DNA of 64,000 nucleotides from an uncultured candidate division Zixibacteria bacterium (GTDB lineage Bacteria; Zixibacteria; MSB-5A5; GN15; FEB-12): NCBI GenBank assembly GCA_963735035.1, contig CAVTJJ010000004.1, positions 192,001 to 256,000 of the forward strand, read 5' to 3'. Shown piece by piece: positions 63,143 to 64,000 of this stretch (position 1 is its first letter; each line of letters starts with the position of its first letter). The notes under the pieces were generated by a model. It saw only the letters and a program-made list of their open reading frames with translations, ran no database searches and was not told where the DNA came from. The position numbers and the translations under genes were made by a program.

Positions 63143-63784
63143 TCAGAAGCACTGGGGGAGAGGACGTCCGCTAACGAAAAGATAGTCGATCAACATTGAG
63201 ATGTCCGCGATCGTGATATCCCCGCCGGGTCCCTGACGGGGATTGGCGCCACCGGACTGATTGATATCTCCTTCGGCTGCACACCAAAGAGGTCGGTTTG
63301 AGACCATGAGATGATCAACCAGGGTCATAATATCGGAGACGGTAGGATCGTCGCCTGGCGAGCCATTCGCGTTGCCGACTCGCCCGATACAGCAACTTGT
63401 CGCCACGGCCACTATCAGTGGCGAATTGGAAAGCTCTGAGATGTTGCCGGCCTTGTCATGGGAGCGCAGGGCAAAGTAGTAACCGGCTCCGGGCGTGAGT
63501 CCCAGCACCAGTACCGAGTCAACGGAACCGGCTGGTGAGGGGAAAGGCACGCCAGGTATTTGCGCGGCTGCGTTCCATTCGGCTTCAGTATCAAGAGGCC
63601 CCTGGGCGAAATTCTGATACCTGATCTGGTAACCGGCCGCGGTTCCGACATAGCCGTCGTCGCCCGGCGCGGTCCAACGAAGAATAACCCCTCCCGTCGA
63701 TGCGGATTGGGCTGGGACAACTGCAAGTAACAGCAGAAGAATCAACACGCCGATGGGGAGTCGAAAAGCGGAACTAAATGTCAT
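63143..63784 (-). CDS. Secreted FN3 plus dockerin-like protein
   Basis: LRWTAPGDDG..GTA..YQIRY...GLTPGAGYYFALRSHDKAGNISELSN; CCIGRVGNANG...TVSDI...EGDINQSGG...ITIADI. Confidence 0.85.
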   Translation of the reverse strand: MTFSSAFRLPIGVLILLLLLAVVPAQSASTGGVILRWTAPGDDGYVGTAAGYQIRYQNFAQGPLDTEAEWNAAAQIPGVPFPSPAGSVDSVLVLGLTPGAGYYFALRSHDKAGNISELSNSPLIVAVATSCCIGRVGNANGSPGDDPTVSDIMTLVDHLMVSNRPLWCAAEGDINQSGGANPRQGPGGDITIADISMLIDYLFVSGRPLPQCF

Positions 63785-63828
63785 TTCAGAAACAGAATCG
63801 TCGTCTTAACATGTTTTCGTTCAACGCA

Positions 63829-63856
63829 GTATCGGCGTTCTGCCGGAACGGTGTGA
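63829..63856 (-). promoter_or_regulatory. Putative sigma28-type promoter
   Basis: TCAC-N16-GCCGATAC upstream of the gene starting at 63784. Confidence 0.4.
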
Positions 63857-64000
63857 GGAATCGAGGCTGCCGGTTTGAAGGACCGTGTTTTTCGAACAAC
63901 CGGGGCTGGCTTCCATAGCGGCCCGCCCGGTCGGGGCAAGTAAAGTGATCAGCAATCCGTCGCACCTATGTTATACAACATTCCGCGATCTGTCAAGCGG

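Overview
GC-rich bacterial chromosome segment. The best guess for its origin is an FCB-group organism such as candidate division Zixibacteria. That is an inference from the Cys-flanked dockerin-like domains and the T9SS-type NYPNPFNP C-terminal domain. The core backbone is pruA, tRNA-Leu-tig-clpP-clpX, pcrA, lon-engB-purA, three FKBP PPIases, two tRNA-Lys, cfa, a cysteine synthase and typA. Around it sit envelope/secreted proteins, two-component regulators and ORFans, separated by dense clusters of several REP-like palindrome families. Many genes are broken by single-base indels, most likely sequencing or assembly errors. Most notable observations: (1) an integrase-less AT-rich islet at tRNA-Lys(CTT), bounded by a degenerate duplicate of the tRNA 3' half and encoding a PD-(D/E)xK-like plus a GIY-YIG nuclease (candidate defence module); (2) a non-cellulosomal cohesin/dockerin surface-assembly set: a probably highly expressed scaffold with a ~390-nt structured leader, a dockerin-bearing caspase/gingipain-like protease and an FN3-dockerin protein; (3) an internal IS3 fragment inserted precisely into a REP palindrome; (4) a promoter-to-terminator ~130-nt structured RNA candidate; (5) a lipoprotein with ten D-(S/T)-hydrophobic sequons near an O-antigen-ligase/OTase-like gene. 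All family assignments come from motif recognition by eye; no database searches were run.
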